Shown: positions 40,471-51,520 of the stretch, in pieces
Layout: each line of letters opens with the position of its first letter
How positions within the stretch are numbered: position 1 is the stretch's first letter
Source: an uncultured virus (IMG/VR IMGVR_UViG_3300032291_003129)
Lineage: Duplodnaviria; Heunggongvirae; Uroviricota; Caudoviricetes
DNA length: 64,000 bases
Virus record (IMG/VR): IMGVR_UViG_3300032291_003129
Direction: 5' to 3' (one strand)
Notes under the pieces: model-generated
The model's database searches: none
Told to the model about the DNA's origin: nothing
Seen by the model: only the letters and a program-made list of their open reading frames with translations
Position numbers and translations under genes: made by a program

Positions 40471-40496
40471 GACATAACGAATAAAACACCTATACT
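40469..40496 (+). promoter_or_regulatory. Sigma70-type promoter upstream of the SSB/replication operon
   Basis: TTGACA (40469-74), 16-nt spacer, TATACT (40491-96). Confidence 0.65.
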
Positions 40497-40532
40497 TATA
40501 TTATACAATTTAACAATTTAATATAAAAAATT

Positions 40533-41390
40533 ATGATGAGTTCATTAGACGCCGTATTGGCGCAGTACGAAAAATCACAACAATCATCGGGCGGGGCCCA
40601 AAGTAAAATGTCGCAAGACGAAAGAATGAAGAAGTATTTCGCTTTAATCTTAGGAGATAAAGAGAAATCAGGACAACGAAGAGTTCGTATCCTACCAACA
40701 CCAGATGGCTCATCGCCATTCAAGGAGGCTTGGTACCACGAAATCCAAGTTGGTGGTCAATGGCAAAAGTTCTATGACCCAGGTAAAAATGACAACGAGC
40801 GTTCACCTTTGAATGAGGTTTACGAAGAGTTAATGTCAACAGGAAAAGAATCTGATAAAGAATTGGCGAAACAATATAAGTCTCGTAAGTTTTATATCGT
40901 CAAAGTTATTGACCGTGACCACGAAGAGGACGGACCAAAGTTTTGGAGATTCAAACACAATTATAAGAATGATGGTATCTTAGATAAAATCATTCCAATT
41001 TGGAGAAACAAAGGAGATGTTACCGACCCAACAAATGGTCGTGACTTAATCATTGAGTTAACAAAATCTAAAACAAACGCGGGTAAAGACTACACAAGTG
41101 TATCTACAATTATGTATGAAGACCAAGGTCCTGTTCACGCAGAAGCGGCACAATCTAAAGCTTGGGTTGAAGATGAATTAACTTGGTTAGATGTTTATTC
41201 TAAAAAACCTGTTGATTATCTTGAGGCAATTGCTCGTGGTGAAACACCGAAGTGGGATAATGAAAAAGGTGGATATGTTTATGAAAACAACACTGAAGAC
41301 ACAACTTCAATTGGAGGAGCTAAGTCTGAGAAACCATCTTATACTGACCCTCAAGTAGATGAAGAACCTGCGGGAGATTTACCATTTTAA
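40533..41390 (+). CDS. Single-stranded DNA-binding protein (T4 gp32-like)
   Basis: RVRILP, DPTNGRDLII and an acidic C-terminus ending DLPF. First gene of the replication cluster. Confidence 0.8.
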   Translation: MMSSLDAVLAQYEKSQQSSGGAQSKMSQDERMKKYFALILGDKEKSGQRRVRILPTPDGSSPFKEAWYHEIQVGGQWQKFYDPGKNDNERSPLNEVYEELMSTGKESDKELAKQYKSRKFYIVKVIDRDHEEDGPKFWRFKHNYKNDGILDKIIPIWRNKGDVTDPTNGRDLIIELTKSKTNAGKDYTSVSTIMYEDQGPVHAEAAQSKAWVEDELTWLDVYSKKPVDYLEAIARGETPKWDNEKGGYVYENNTEDTTSIGGAKSEKPSYTDPQVDEEPAGDLPF

Positions 41391-41398
41391 TTTATAAT

Positions 41399-41433
41399 AA
41401 GGGTGGAGAATCCTCCATCCTTTAATTTTTTTT
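41399..41433 (+). terminator. Terminator-like hairpin after SSB
   Basis: AAGGGTGGAG-AATC-CTCCATCCTT followed by a T-rich tract. Confidence 0.6.
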
Positions 41434-41436
41434 CAC

Positions 41437-41733
41437 ATGACATTTAAAGAAGAAATTGACCTACAACTAAGGGATAATAAAATGTTGTCTTACGAAATTC
41501 TAAGTCAACTAAAAGAAAAGGAATACTTTTCTGGTAAAAGTAAACAAATTGGTGAAACAGTTTTGTTTGGTATGTTGGAGGAAGGTGTTAATGAATTGGG
41601 TAATATGAGTATTCGACTGATTACTTTTCATGAAGAAGAAATTAACGTACTATATGAAGAAGACTCTTCTAAATACAACAGAAATAAACCAAATAAATTA
41701 CCAATGATTAAAAGAATAGAAAATGACAATTAA
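41437..41733 (+). CDS. Hypothetical protein
   Basis: 98-aa ORF overlapping the start of the recombinase gene. Confidence 0.65.
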   Translation: MTFKEEIDLQLRDNKMLSYEILSQLKEKEYFSGKSKQIGETVLFGMLEEGVNELGNMSIRLITFHEEEINVLYEEDSSKYNRNKPNKLPMIKRIENDN

Positions 41734-42724
41734 GAAAAACGATTTCAGTTCAGTAAAGAAGAAGTTTTCAACTTCTGCAAAATATAAACCTCAAGGGTTT
41801 TTTGATTTAGGACCTGACTTCTTAGATGCTGTTGGTTTACCTGGACCTGCCATCGGACATTTAAATATGTTCCTTGGACACTCAGATACAGGAAAGACAA
41901 CTGCTTTAGTTAAATGTGCCGTTGACGCTCAAAAGAAAGGCATTCTACCTGTATTCATCATCACAGAACAGAAGTGGTCTTTTGAACATGCTAAACTTAT
42001 GGGGTTTGAATGTGATGAAGTTGTTGACAAAGAAACGGGGGAATTAGATTGGGATGGATTTTACATCTTCAACAATAACTTTAGTTACATTGAACAAATT
42101 ACTGATTATATCAATGAATTATTGGATGCTCAGGAGAAAGGTGAATTAGACTATAGTTTATTATTCCTATGGGATTCTGTTGGTTCAGTTCCTTGTAAGA
42201 TGACTTACGAAGGTAAAGGAGGTAAACAACACAACGCATCAACCTTGGCTGACAAAATTGGTATGGGTATTAACCAAAGAATTTCAGGGTCTCGTAAAGC
42301 AGATTCTAAATACGAAAATACTCTTATCATTGTTAATCAACCATGGGTTGAGTTACCTGACAATCCTTTTGGACAACCAAAGATTAAAGCTAAAGGTGGT
42401 GAGGCCATTTGGTTAAACTCATCATTGGTATTTTTATTCGGTAACCAAAAAGGTGCGGGCACAAACAAGATTACGGCAACTAAAGACAAGAGAAGTGTCA
42501 AGTTTGCAATTAGAACAAAAATTTCTGTTATGAAGAACCACATCAATGGATTGGGTTATGAAGATGGAAAGATTATTGTTACACCACACGGATTCTTAGC
42601 TGGTAAAGAGGCATCTGAAGAAAAGACTTCAATTGAAAACTACAAGAAAGAATACGCGGACTATTGGAAAGACATTATCGGTACAGATGGTGAATTTACT
42701 TTAAAAGAAGAAAAAGAAGATTAG
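41723..42724 (+). CDS. uvsX: RecA/UvsX-like recombinase
   Basis: Walker A GHSDTGKT, Walker B FLWDSVG, IIVNQ, KGGEA and KNH motifs. Confidence 0.88.
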   Translation: MTIKKNDFSSVKKKFSTSAKYKPQGFFDLGPDFLDAVGLPGPAIGHLNMFLGHSDTGKTTALVKCAVDAQKKGILPVFIITEQKWSFEHAKLMGFECDEVVDKETGELDWDGFYIFNNNFSYIEQITDYINELLDAQEKGELDYSLLFLWDSVGSVPCKMTYEGKGGKQHNASTLADKIGMGINQRISGSRKADSKYENTLIIVNQPWVELPDNPFGQPKIKAKGGEAIWLNSSLVFLFGNQKGAGTNKITATKDKRSVKFAIRTKISVMKNHINGLGYEDGKIIVTPHGFLAGKEASEEKTSIENYKKEYADYWKDIIGTDGEFTLKEEKED

Positions 42725-42754
42725 TTTATTTGTTTCACATTTTAAATCACTGTT

Positions 42755-43753
42755 GTGATTAAGACATTATTAGTTGACGGAGACAATCTATTTAAGATTG
42801 GATTTCATGGGGTTAGGGACTTGTATAACGAAGGTAATCATGTGGGTGGAGTGTATCACTTCATTAACATATTACGTAAGTTCTTAGAGGAACATAATCA
42901 TGATAAGGTGGTTGTGTTTTGGGATGGTGAGTCAAACTCTTCAATGAGAAAGGCAATCTATCCTCAGTACAAGGCAAACCGACGCCAAGATATGAACGAA
43001 TTCAAATACGAGTCATATCTGCAACAGAAAGAAAGGGTTAAACAATATCTTGAAGAGATATTTGTGAGACAAATAGAGATGACGAACAATGAGGCTGATG
43101 ACCTCATTGCTCACTATTGTAAAATTTCAACAGAAGAGGAGATTATCATTTTTTCAAGTGATAAAGACCTTACCCAATTAATTTCGGAGAATGTAACCAT
43201 ATACTCCCCTATCCACAAACAATACTATAAGGATGGGGATATGATTACAATTAACAAAGTGGAAATCCCCCACTACAATGTTCTATTGTGTAAAATTTTT
43301 ACAGGGGACAAGTCGGACAATATAGATGGTATTGAAGGACTTGGAGAAAAAACATTGGTCAAATTATTCCCTGAAATGTTGGTTAAATCCTGCACTACTC
43401 ACGAATTATTGGATAATGCACGAATTATCCAGCAAAAGAAAAAGTCCAAAGTATTAGATAATATTTTGACAGGACGAACAAAAAGCGGTATATTTGGAGA
43501 AGTATTTTATTCGGAAAATAAAAGAATTGTTGATTTATCTAACCCATTAATAACATATGAAGGAAAAGAATTAGTAGAACAAATCCAAACCGACACTATA
43601 GACCCTACAGATAGGGGATATAAAAACTTAATGAGAATGATGATGGAAGACGGACTCTTTAAGTACCTACCCAAAGACGATGAAGCTTGGGTAAACTTTT
43701 TAAAACCATTTATGAAATTAACAAGAAAAGAAAAAAGAAATAATAAAAATTAA
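42755..43753 (+). CDS. 5'-3' exonuclease/flap endonuclease (T4 RNase H/PolI N-terminal-like)
   Basis: LLVDGDN, YKANR, EADDLIA, SSDKDLTQL and GDKSDNIDGIEGLGEKT motifs. Confidence 0.92.
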   Translation: MIKTLLVDGDNLFKIGFHGVRDLYNEGNHVGGVYHFINILRKFLEEHNHDKVVVFWDGESNSSMRKAIYPQYKANRRQDMNEFKYESYLQQKERVKQYLEEIFVRQIEMTNNEADDLIAHYCKISTEEEIIIFSSDKDLTQLISENVTIYSPIHKQYYKDGDMITINKVEIPHYNVLLCKIFTGDKSDNIDGIEGLGEKTLVKLFPEMLVKSCTTHELLDNARIIQQKKKSKVLDNILTGRTKSGIFGEVFYSENKRIVDLSNPLITYEGKELVEQIQTDTIDPTDRGYKNLMRMMMEDGLFKYLPKDDEAWVNFLKPFMKLTRKEKRNNKN

Positions 43754-43757
43754 AATT

Positions 43758-44210
43758 ATGAAAGAACAAGACAGCACCAAGATGGAATTCTTAATGACGT
43801 TGAATGACAACATCGTTGTACAGAGATTTTTCAATGTTAGAGGATACAATCCTAAGGCGAAGAATTCTGTAGATTTCTATAATTACATCAAGGCGATTAC
43901 ACATGAACTTCAATACTATTTGAAGATGAAAACAGTTACCTATATGATAGATAACAAAGAAGCAATTTATGATGACCATTCCATTATGGAAACATCTTTT
44001 ACTGAAGGACCTGAGGACTTCAACATCTATATCAAAATTGGAGAGCAGACAATTTGTCATAGAGCATTTGATGGGAAAAATTTTCCACCAAAAGTACGTT
44101 ATACAGTTGATGTGAGACCTTTTTTGAAAGATGTTTTACGTGAATTGACTGACATTTTTTCATCTTCAAAATTAAGTTTCAGATATTTGGACTTTGACTT
44201 AAGTAAGTAA
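43758..44210 (+). CDS. Hypothetical protein
   Basis: 150-aa ORF in the replication operon. Confidence 0.7.
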   Translation: MKEQDSTKMEFLMTLNDNIVVQRFFNVRGYNPKAKNSVDFYNYIKAITHELQYYLKMKTVTYMIDNKEAIYDDHSIMETSFTEGPEDFNIYIKIGEQTICHRAFDGKNFPPKVRYTVDVRPFLKDVLRELTDIFSSSKLSFRYLDFDLSK

Positions 44211-44244
44211 ATATTTAATAAAACACAGGGGCAAACAATACTAT

Positions 44245-45621
44245 ATGAACAAGAATTTTGAATACTTAGGGAACACTTTTCAACTACAACTTTTAAACCA
44301 ACTTATAATAGATAGAGAATTTTCATCATCAATTATGGATGTCATTGAAAGTTCATATTTTGACAACAAATATTTTAAAATCATCTTACAGATGACTAAA
44401 GAATATTATGTTAAGTATGAGTCTACCCCTAACTTCGACACTTTGGAACAGATTGTAAAATCTGAAATTTCTCAAGAACTTGTTGCTAAGATTGTACTTG
44501 ACACTTTGAAACAAGTTAAGGACGCGCCATTTGAAGGTAGTATATTTGTTCAAGAAAAAGCCTTGAAGTTTTGTAAACAACAAGAACTTCAAAAGGCTAT
44601 GGACAGAGCTCAGAAAATTATTAATGAAGGAGACTTTGAGTCATACGACAAAGTTGAAGGACTTGTTCGTGAAGCATTACAAGTTGGAGAAAGAGATACA
44701 GGATTAACTGATATCTTCTCCAATCTTGATACTGTATTAGATGAGGATTTTAGACATCCAATTCCGATTGGTATACCTGGTATAGACAAACTACTTAAAG
44801 GTGGACTGGCGAAGGGGGAAATAGGTGTAATCTTAGCGCCTACAGGTGTTGGTAAGACAACCATTTTAACTAAGATTGCAAACACAGCATTTAACCTTGG
44901 GTATAATGTTCTTCAGATATTTTTTGAGGATAACCCAAAGATTGTTCAAAGAAAACACTTTACCCTTTGGACAGGGATTGAACCTGATAACTTGGTTATT
45001 CACAAAGAAGAAGTAATGAGTAAGCTTGCTGAGATTCAGAATACAATGAAAAATGAGTTAATTTTAAAAAAATTACCATCAGATTCAATGTCTATGTCTC
45101 AAATTAAGAATCAGATTAGAAAAATGATTGCCGATGGTACAAAGATTGATTTAGTTCTTTTGGACTATATTGATTGTGTGGTACCAGAAAGTACAAGTAA
45201 AGACGAGTGGAAGGCCGAAGGTTCAGTGATGAGAGGGTTTGAAGCAATGTGTCATGAATTGTCTTTGGTGGGTTGGACAGCAACTCAAGGTAATAGGTCT
45301 TCAATTTCATCAGAAGTTGTAACTACAGACCAAATGGGTGGGTCTATTAAGAAGGCTCAAGTAGGTCACGTAATCATAACGGTGGCAAAAACTTTACAAC
45401 AAAAGGAAATGAACTTGGCGACAATTGCAATCACCAAGTCAAGAATCGGTAAAGATGGTGTTGTGTTTGAAAACTGTAAGTTCAATAACGAACTTTTGGA
45501 GATTGACACAGAGAGTTCAGTAACATTCTTAGGTTTTGAAGAACAACAAGAGGAAAGAAAGAGAGACAGAGTTAAGGAGTTGTTGGAAAAAAGAAAAGAA
45601 AGAGAAGAAAAAAAATCATAA
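44245..45621 (+). CDS. dnaB: Replicative DnaB-family helicase (T4 gp41-like)
   Basis: [22 protein letters not shown] and KSRIG motifs. Confidence 0.92.
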   Translation: MNKNFEYLGNTFQLQLLNQLIIDREFSSSIMDVIESSYFDNKYFKIILQMTKEYYVKYESTPNFDTLEQIVKSEISQELVAKIVLDTLKQVKDAPFEGSIFVQEKALKFCKQQELQKAMDRAQKIINEGDFESYDKVEGLVREALQVGERDTGLTDIFSNLDTVLDEDFRHPIPIGIPGIDKLLKGGLAKGEIGVILAPTGVGKTTILTKIANTAFNLGYNVLQIFFEDNPKIVQRKHFTLWTGIEPDNLVIHKEEVMSKLAEIQNTMKNELILKKLPSDSMSMSQIKNQIRKMIADGTKIDLVLLDYIDCVVPESTSKDEWKAEGSVMRGFEAMCHELSLVGWTATQGNRSSISSEVVTTDQMGGSIKKAQVGHVIITVAKTLQQKEMNLATIAITKSRIGKDGVVFENCKFNNELLEIDTESSVTFLGFEEQQEERKRDRVKELLEKRKEREEKKS

Positions 45622-45641
45622 CAAAAAAACAAAAAAATAAC

Positions 45642-46589
45642 ATGGAAAAAATTTTAGTAACAAATCCTGAGCGTTTTGTAATATTCCCCATTAAACACGA
45701 TGATATTTGGGAGTTTTATAAAATGCACCAAGCGGCGTTTTGGACCGCTGAAGAAATAGATTTAACAGAGGATATTAGAGATTGGAGTAATCTATCGGAA
45801 AATGAACAATACTTCATTAAGAACATTTTATCGTTCTTTGCTGCATCAGATGGTATTGTAAACGAAAACTTGGCAGAGAACTTTTATAGAGAAGTTCAAT
45901 ATCCTGAAGCAAAATTCTTTTATGGTATGCAATTAGCTATGGAAAATATCCATGGTCTAATGTACTCACTTTTGATTGATACATACATTTCAAGCGAAGA
46001 TGAGAAGAATAAATGTTTTACTGCTTTAGATAACTTACCTGCAGTACAAAAGAAAGCCAAGTGGGCTTTAGATTGGATTGAAAATGCATCATTCCAAGAA
46101 AGATTAGTGGCATTTGCAGCTGTTGAAGGTATTTTCTTTTCAGGGTCATTTTGTTCAATCTTTTGGTTAAAATCAAGAGGTATCATGCAAGGATTATGTA
46201 ATGCTAATACTTTAATTTTTAAAGATGAAAACTTACATTGTGACTTTGCAATCCATTTGGTAAACAATCACTTAGAAAACAAACCAAGTGAAAAAAGAAT
46301 TAGAGAAATCTTATTATCTGCACTTGAGATTGAAAAAGAATTCATTACTGAATCATTACCTGTATCACTTATTGGTATGAATTCAAACTTAATGAAACAA
46401 TATCTTGAGTTTGTTGTTGATGGACTTTTACTTAAATTTGGTTGTAAAAAAGAATTTAATGTTGAACAACCATTTAAATTCATGGAGCAAATTGCAATTG
46501 AAACAAAAGGTAACTTCTTTGAGGGAAGAACAGTAGAATACCAAAAGGCTAAATTAAACGAGGCAATTTCATTTGTCGACGATTTTTAA
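45642..46589 (+). CDS. nrdB: Ribonucleotide reductase class Ia beta subunit
   Basis: [38 protein letters not shown] and DENLH motifs. Confidence 0.95.
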   Translation: MEKILVTNPERFVIFPIKHDDIWEFYKMHQAAFWTAEEIDLTEDIRDWSNLSENEQYFIKNILSFFAASDGIVNENLAENFYREVQYPEAKFFYGMQLAMENIHGLMYSLLIDTYISSEDEKNKCFTALDNLPAVQKKAKWALDWIENASFQERLVAFAAVEGIFFSGSFCSIFWLKSRGIMQGLCNANTLIFKDENLHCDFAIHLVNNHLENKPSEKRIREILLSALEIEKEFITESLPVSLIGMNSNLMKQYLEFVVDGLLLKFGCKKEFNVEQPFKFMEQIAIETKGNFFEGRTVEYQKAKLNEAISFVDDF

Positions 46590-46601
46590 TATTATAAAAT
46601 T

Positions 46602-49028
46602 ATGATGTCATTAAAGATTAAAAAAAGAGGGGGAGAGGACGTTGTGTTTAATCCGCAAAAAATTTATAACAGAATTAAAAAAGCTGCGAAAGGGTTAAGT
46701 GTAAACTCTGATGAGATTTTCATCAAAGTAATTACGTCAATTCCAACTGAAGGTTTTATTACTACTAAAGAATTAGATAAGTTAGTATGTGAGATTGCAG
46801 CATCATATACAGGTAGTCACTATGACTATTCAAGGTTATCTTCTTCCGTTGCAATATCTTCGTATCACAAAGAAACTGACCCAAGTTTTTCAAATACAAT
46901 GAAAATGTTACATGTTGACGGTGTTGTTCATGACAAACTTATTGAAATTATTGAAAGATATGGTGCAGATAAGATAGATGAGGTTATCAATCATGAGAAT
47001 GATTATAATTTTGATTATTTTGCATGGCGTTCGTTAACTGAAATGTACTTGTTAAAATTACCTAATGGTAAAGTTGTTGAAAGACCACAACATATGTATA
47101 TGAGAGTTGCTCTATGGGTGACTAATACATATGAGGAGGCAGTTGATTATTATAAGTCATTGTCTGACCAACTAATATCTAAAGCGACTCCAATTATGAT
47201 TAACTCGGGGACTAAAGTTCCTCAGTTGGCTTCTTGTGTGTTACATTATAACAATTCAGATTCTCGTGATGGTTTATTAAAAACTTTGAGTGATATTTCA
47301 ACATATTCTTCAGATGCTGCGGGTATCGGTTTATCAATGTCTAACATTAGAAGTAAGGAAAGTAGAATTAATAGTTCAGGAGGATTTGCGGGTGGTTTGT
47401 TAAAGTACTTAAAGATTGTTAATGAGTCATTAAGATTCTTCAATCAACAAGGTAGAAGACCTGGTAGTGCTGCTATATACATTGAACCATGGCACAAAGA
47501 TATTTTTGACTTACTTGACATCAAGAAAAATACAGGTAAAGATGAATTAAGAGCTCGTGACTTATTCACAGCATTATGGATTCCTGACAACTTTATGAAA
47601 GCGGTTAAAGATAATACTGATTGGTACTTATTCTGTCCAAACGATATTCTTAAAGCAGGTATTAAACCATTACAAGAATGTTACGGTGATGAATACGAAG
47701 AAAACTACAATAAAGCGGTACAAATGGGCCTTGGTAAGAAAGTTAAGGCTCAAGAAATTTGGACTAAAGTTATTGAATCCCAAGTTGAAACAGGCGTTCC
47801 TTACTTATGTGCTAAAGATAGTGTTAATAAGAAAACTAACCATCAAAACATTGGTGTGATTAAACAATCAAACTTATGTATTGAGATTGTTCAATTCACT
47901 GATGAAGAAACAACAGCTATCTGTACATTGTCTTCAATTGTATTAAAGAACTTTATTAAAGAAGGTAAGTTTGACTATACATTATTAATTAACGAAACTA
48001 AAAAAGTGGTTCGAGCATTAAATAATGTTGTAGATATTAATAGTTATTCAACCGCAAAAGGATTAAAAGGAGGATTAGAACAAAGAGCAATTGCTATTGG
48101 TGTTCAAGGTCTTGCTGATGTATTCTTTTTAATGGACTATGTTTTCACATCTGAAGAAGCAAGAAATTTAAATAAGAATATCTTTGAAGCTATCTATTAC
48201 GCGGCTATCTTTGAAAGTAATGATTTATGTAAAAGAGGTGTTAAACAACCATATAAATTCTTTGACGGGTCACCAATGTCACAAGGTATTTTCCAATTTG
48301 ACATGTGGGGGCTAAATGAATCTGATTTATTTTTAGATTGGGCTTCATTAAAAGAAGATGTTAAACAATATGGTGTATGTAACTCTTTATTTACTGCTCA
48401 GATGCCAGTTGCATCTTCTGCTAAGATTACAGGTTCATTTGAAATGACTGAACCAGCTCACTCGGCATTATTTAATAGACGTGTTGTTGGTGGTGAAATC
48501 TTAATTGTTAACAAGTATTTGATTAATGATTTTGAGAAGATTGGAATTTGGAGCGAAGAATTAAAGAATGAAATAATTGTAAATGAAGGGTCAATCCAAA
48601 ATGTTAACTTCAACAACTATCTTGATACTGAAGATAAGAACTATGATAAAAAGGTTAAGAGAATTGAACATTTGATTAATAAGTACAAAACTATTTGGGA
48701 GATTTCTCAGAGAGAACTTATTGATATGGCAGCTGAAAGAGCACCATTTGTTGACCAATCTCAATCAATGAACATATACATGTCAAATCCAACGTTATCT
48801 AAAATAACATCTTCACATTTCCATTCGTGGGAAAAAGGATTAAAGACTTTATGTTATTATGTTAGAACAAAAGCAATTTCTACAGGAGCTAAACATTTAG
48901 CGTTAGACTTATCTAAGATTGAAAAACAAAGTTTAAAGATTGAAACACCAAAAGTAGATTACCTTGAAACGGGTTTAACCCAAAAACCTGAAGATAGTCC
49001 ATTTGAGTGTTTTGGATGTTCGGCTTAA
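46602..49028 (+). CDS. nrdA: Ribonucleotide reductase class Ia alpha subunit with ATP cone
   Basis: N-terminal IKKRGG ATP-cone, QLASC, SNLCIE, LKTLCYY and C-terminal CFGCSA. Confidence 0.95.
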   Translation: MMSLKIKKRGGEDVVFNPQKIYNRIKKAAKGLSVNSDEIFIKVITSIPTEGFITTKELDKLVCEIAASYTGSHYDYSRLSSSVAISSYHKETDPSFSNTMKMLHVDGVVHDKLIEIIERYGADKIDEVINHENDYNFDYFAWRSLTEMYLLKLPNGKVVERPQHMYMRVALWVTNTYEEAVDYYKSLSDQLISKATPIMINSGTKVPQLASCVLHYNNSDSRDGLLKTLSDISTYSSDAAGIGLSMSNIRSKESRINSSGGFAGGLLKYLKIVNESLRFFNQQGRRPGSAAIYIEPWHKDIFDLLDIKKNTGKDELRARDLFTALWIPDNFMKAVKDNTDWYLFCPNDILKAGIKPLQECYGDEYEENYNKAVQMGLGKKVKAQEIWTKVIESQVETGVPYLCAKDSVNKKTNHQNIGVIKQSNLCIEIVQFTDEETTAICTLSSIVLKNFIKEGKFDYTLLINETKKVVRALNNVVDINSYSTAKGLKGGLEQRAIAIGVQGLADVFFLMDYVFTSEEARNLNKNIFEAIYYAAIFESNDLCKRGVKQPYKFFDGSPMSQGIFQFDMWGLNESDLFLDWASLKEDVKQYGVCNSLFTAQMPVASSAKITGSFEMTEPAHSALFNRRVVGGEILIVNKYLINDFEKIGIWSEELKNEIIVNEGSIQNVNFNNYLDTEDKNYDKKVKRIEHLINKYKTIWEISQRELIDMAAERAPFVDQSQSMNIYMSNPTLSKITSSHFHSWEKGLKTLCYYVRTKAISTGAKHLALDLSKIEKQSLKIETPKVDYLETGLTQKPEDSPFECFGCSA

Positions 49029-49035
49029 AATAATT

Positions 49036-49071
49036 AATAATCCCGACTAATAATCGGGATTATTTGTTTTT
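49036..49071 (+). terminator. Intrinsic terminator after nrdA
   Basis: AATAATCCCGA-7 nt-TCGGGATTATT plus a T-rich tract. Confidence 0.75.
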
Positions 49072-49111
49072 ATGTATTTATAAGAAAAAGTAGGATAGTA
49101 TATTTATATAT

Positions 49112-49582
49112 ATGGCAAACGGTGTTACATATGGAATTAATTTCCCGTTCAGAGATTCTGTACGAGGAGACTATTTGGAACTAACAGAATTACAGGCTCA
49201 GGAAATAAAGGCTGACCTTATTCATTTGTTATTGACAAGAAAAGGCTCAAGATATTTTTTACCCGCATTTGGTACAAGATTATATGAATTTCTTTTTGAA
49301 CCTTTTGATGGATTAACGTTTAGCGCAATTGAATCTGATATTAGAGACGCTATTGAAAATTTTATGCCAAACTTGTTGGTTAATAGTTTATCAATAACAC
49401 CTGCTGACCCTCAAGAAGAATTAGACATTGCAACTGGACAAAATACTGCAGGAACAAGTGTATCGTCAGTTTATAGATTTCCTGGAAAAGGAACATCAGA
49501 GTATACTGCAAAAATAAGATTGGATTACTCAACTAACAACTCAACATTTGCTCAGAGCGATTTTGTGATTATCAATATTTAA
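49112..49582 (+). CDS. Baseplate wedge protein (gp25-like)
   Basis: GINFPF and IKADLIHLLLTRKGSRYFLPAFGTRLYEFLFEP motifs. Confidence 0.9.
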   Translation: MANGVTYGINFPFRDSVRGDYLELTELQAQEIKADLIHLLLTRKGSRYFLPAFGTRLYEFLFEPFDGLTFSAIESDIRDAIENFMPNLLVNSLSITPADPQEELDIATGQNTAGTSVSSVYRFPGKGTSEYTAKIRLDYSTNNSTFAQSDFVIINI

Positions 49583-49587
49583 TATAA

Positions 49588-51426
49588 ATGGCAAACAATA
49601 AAATATCATATGCAACCAGAGATTATCAAGCGATAAGAACTGAACTTTTAAATTACGTAAGGACATATTATCCTGAATTAATACAGGATTTTAATGATGC
49701 TTCTGTATTCTCAGTTTTTTTAGATTTAAATGCTGCGGTTGCCGATAACTTAAACTACAATATTGATAGAAGTTTACAAGAAACTGTATTACAATATGCA
49801 CAACAAAGGTCTTCAATATATAATATTGCAAGAACATATGGTTTAAAATTGCCAGGACAAAGACCATCAGTGTCTTTAGTAGATTTTTCAATTACAGTAC
49901 CAGCTTTTGGTGATAAAGAAGATGAAAGATATCTTGGAACACTAACAAGAGGGTCTCAAGTTGTTGGTGCTGGAGTTGTATTTGAAAACGTATATGATAT
50001 TGATTTCGCATCTCCATATAATGCTCAAGGCTTCCCTAACAGATTAAAGATACCTAACTTCAACTCAAATAACGTTCTTGTTAACTATACTATTACCAAA
50101 AGAGAAATTGTTGTTAACGGGGTCACTAAAGTATTCAAAAGAGTTATTGGAGCGAATGATGTAAAACCTTTCTTCGAATTATTCTTACCCGAAAAGAATG
50201 TTTTAGGTATAACAAGTGTGTTATTGAAAAATGGCACTGAATATACAAATACTCCAACTACGGCAGAATTTTTAGGATTAGACAATAGATTGTATGAGGT
50301 TGATGCATTAGCTGAAGATAGGGTGTTTATTGAAGACCCAACAAAGGTTTCAGACCAACCAGGAATTAAAGTTGGAAAATATATCCAAACACAAAATAGA
50401 TTTATTACAGAATACACACCTGAAGGATTTAAAAAGATGACATTTGGTGGTGGTACAAACACTGCTCAAGACCAATTAAATCAATTTACCACTTTAGGAA
50501 CAACATTAGAATTACAAAAATATTCTAATAACTTTTCGTTAGGTTCTACATTAACTCCAAACTCAACATTGTTTGTTCAATATAGAATTGGTGGTGGTTT
50601 AGCTACAAACTTAGGAACAAATGTTATTAACCAAATTGGAACTGTTTCATTCTTCGTTAATGGGCCATCAGAGACAACTAACTCTTCAGTTGTTAATTCA
50701 TTAAGATGTGTTAACGTAACTGCAGCCGTTGGTGGTTCAGGTGTACCTTCATTAGAAGAAATTAGAAATTATGTTTCATTTAACTTTGCAGCTCAAAAAA
50801 GAGCAGTGACTGTTCAAGATTACGAATCTATCATTAGAAACATGCCAGCTCAATACGGAGCTCCTGCTAAAGTGTCAATCACTGAAAACGACAACAAGAT
50901 TTTAATTCAAATATTGTCTTATGATACTTCAGGTAAATTAACAAACATAGTATCAAATACATTAAGACAGAATATTGCAAATTATTTATCAAACTATAGA
51001 ATGATGAATGATTACATTTCAATCTTCACTGCTGAGGTTATTGACCTTAGCGTTGATGTGTCTATTGTGTTAGATTCTGCTCAAAACTCAGGACAAGTTA
51101 TTTCAAGTGTTGTTGATAAGATATCAGAATACTTTAACCCACAAACAAGACAACTTGGACAAAACGTTTATCTATCTGAATTAAGAAGTATTGTTCAAAA
51201 TACAAACGGAGTATTAACAGTTGCCAATGTAGAGGTGTTCAACGAAGTTGGAGGACAATATTCGTCTGCAGAAACATCTATGGTGTATTCAAATCCTGAA
51301 ACAAAATTGATAGGACCTGTAGATGATACAATTTTTGCTCAACCATCACAAGTTTATCAAATTAGATATCCTAATAAAGACATTAGAGTATCGGTTAAGA
51401 ACTTCCAATCAATTACTTTCTCTTAA
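49588..51426 (+). CDS. Baseplate wedge subunit (T4 gp6/baseplate J-like)
   Basis: RDYQAIRTEL, AQQRSSIYNIARTYG and AQKRAVTVQDY motifs. Confidence 0.9.
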   Translation: MANNKISYATRDYQAIRTELLNYVRTYYPELIQDFNDASVFSVFLDLNAAVADNLNYNIDRSLQETVLQYAQQRSSIYNIARTYGLKLPGQRPSVSLVDFSITVPAFGDKEDERYLGTLTRGSQVVGAGVVFENVYDIDFASPYNAQGFPNRLKIPNFNSNNVLVNYTITKREIVVNGVTKVFKRVIGANDVKPFFELFLPEKNVLGITSVLLKNGTEYTNTPTTAEFLGLDNRLYEVDALAEDRVFIEDPTKVSDQPGIKVGKYIQTQNRFITEYTPEGFKKMTFGGGTNTAQDQLNQFTTLGTTLELQKYSNNFSLGSTLTPNSTLFVQYRIGGGLATNLGTNVINQIGTVSFFVNGPSETTNSSVVNSLRCVNVTAAVGGSGVPSLEEIRNYVSFNFAAQKRAVTVQDYESIIRNMPAQYGAPAKVSITENDNKILIQILSYDTSGKLTNIVSNTLRQNIANYLSNYRMMNDYISIFTAEVIDLSVDVSIVLDSAQNSGQVISSVVDKISEYFNPQTRQLGQNVYLSELRSIVQNTNGVLTVANVEVFNEVGGQYSSAETSMVYSNPETKLIGPVDDTIFAQPSQVYQIRYPNKDIRVSVKNFQSITFS

Positions 51427-51520
51427 CAAGTTTATTTATTTCTTCTTTAGTTTATAATTTAAAGGTGTGGGTTTAATTTAAAAAATTCCACATAAACTAT
51501 TTATTAATTAAAGAGATTTA

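Noticed and set aside
9484..49028. Inteins or introns in polB, helicases, recombinase or RNR
   Set aside because: The ORFs are continuous, of ordinary length, and show no recognisable intein motifs.
19387..51426. Bacterial contractile injection system, or a eukaryotic giant virus
   Set aside because: Tail genes are interleaved with neck genes and a phage-type replication set (gp32-like SSB, UvsX, gp41-like helicase), which fits a tailed phage.
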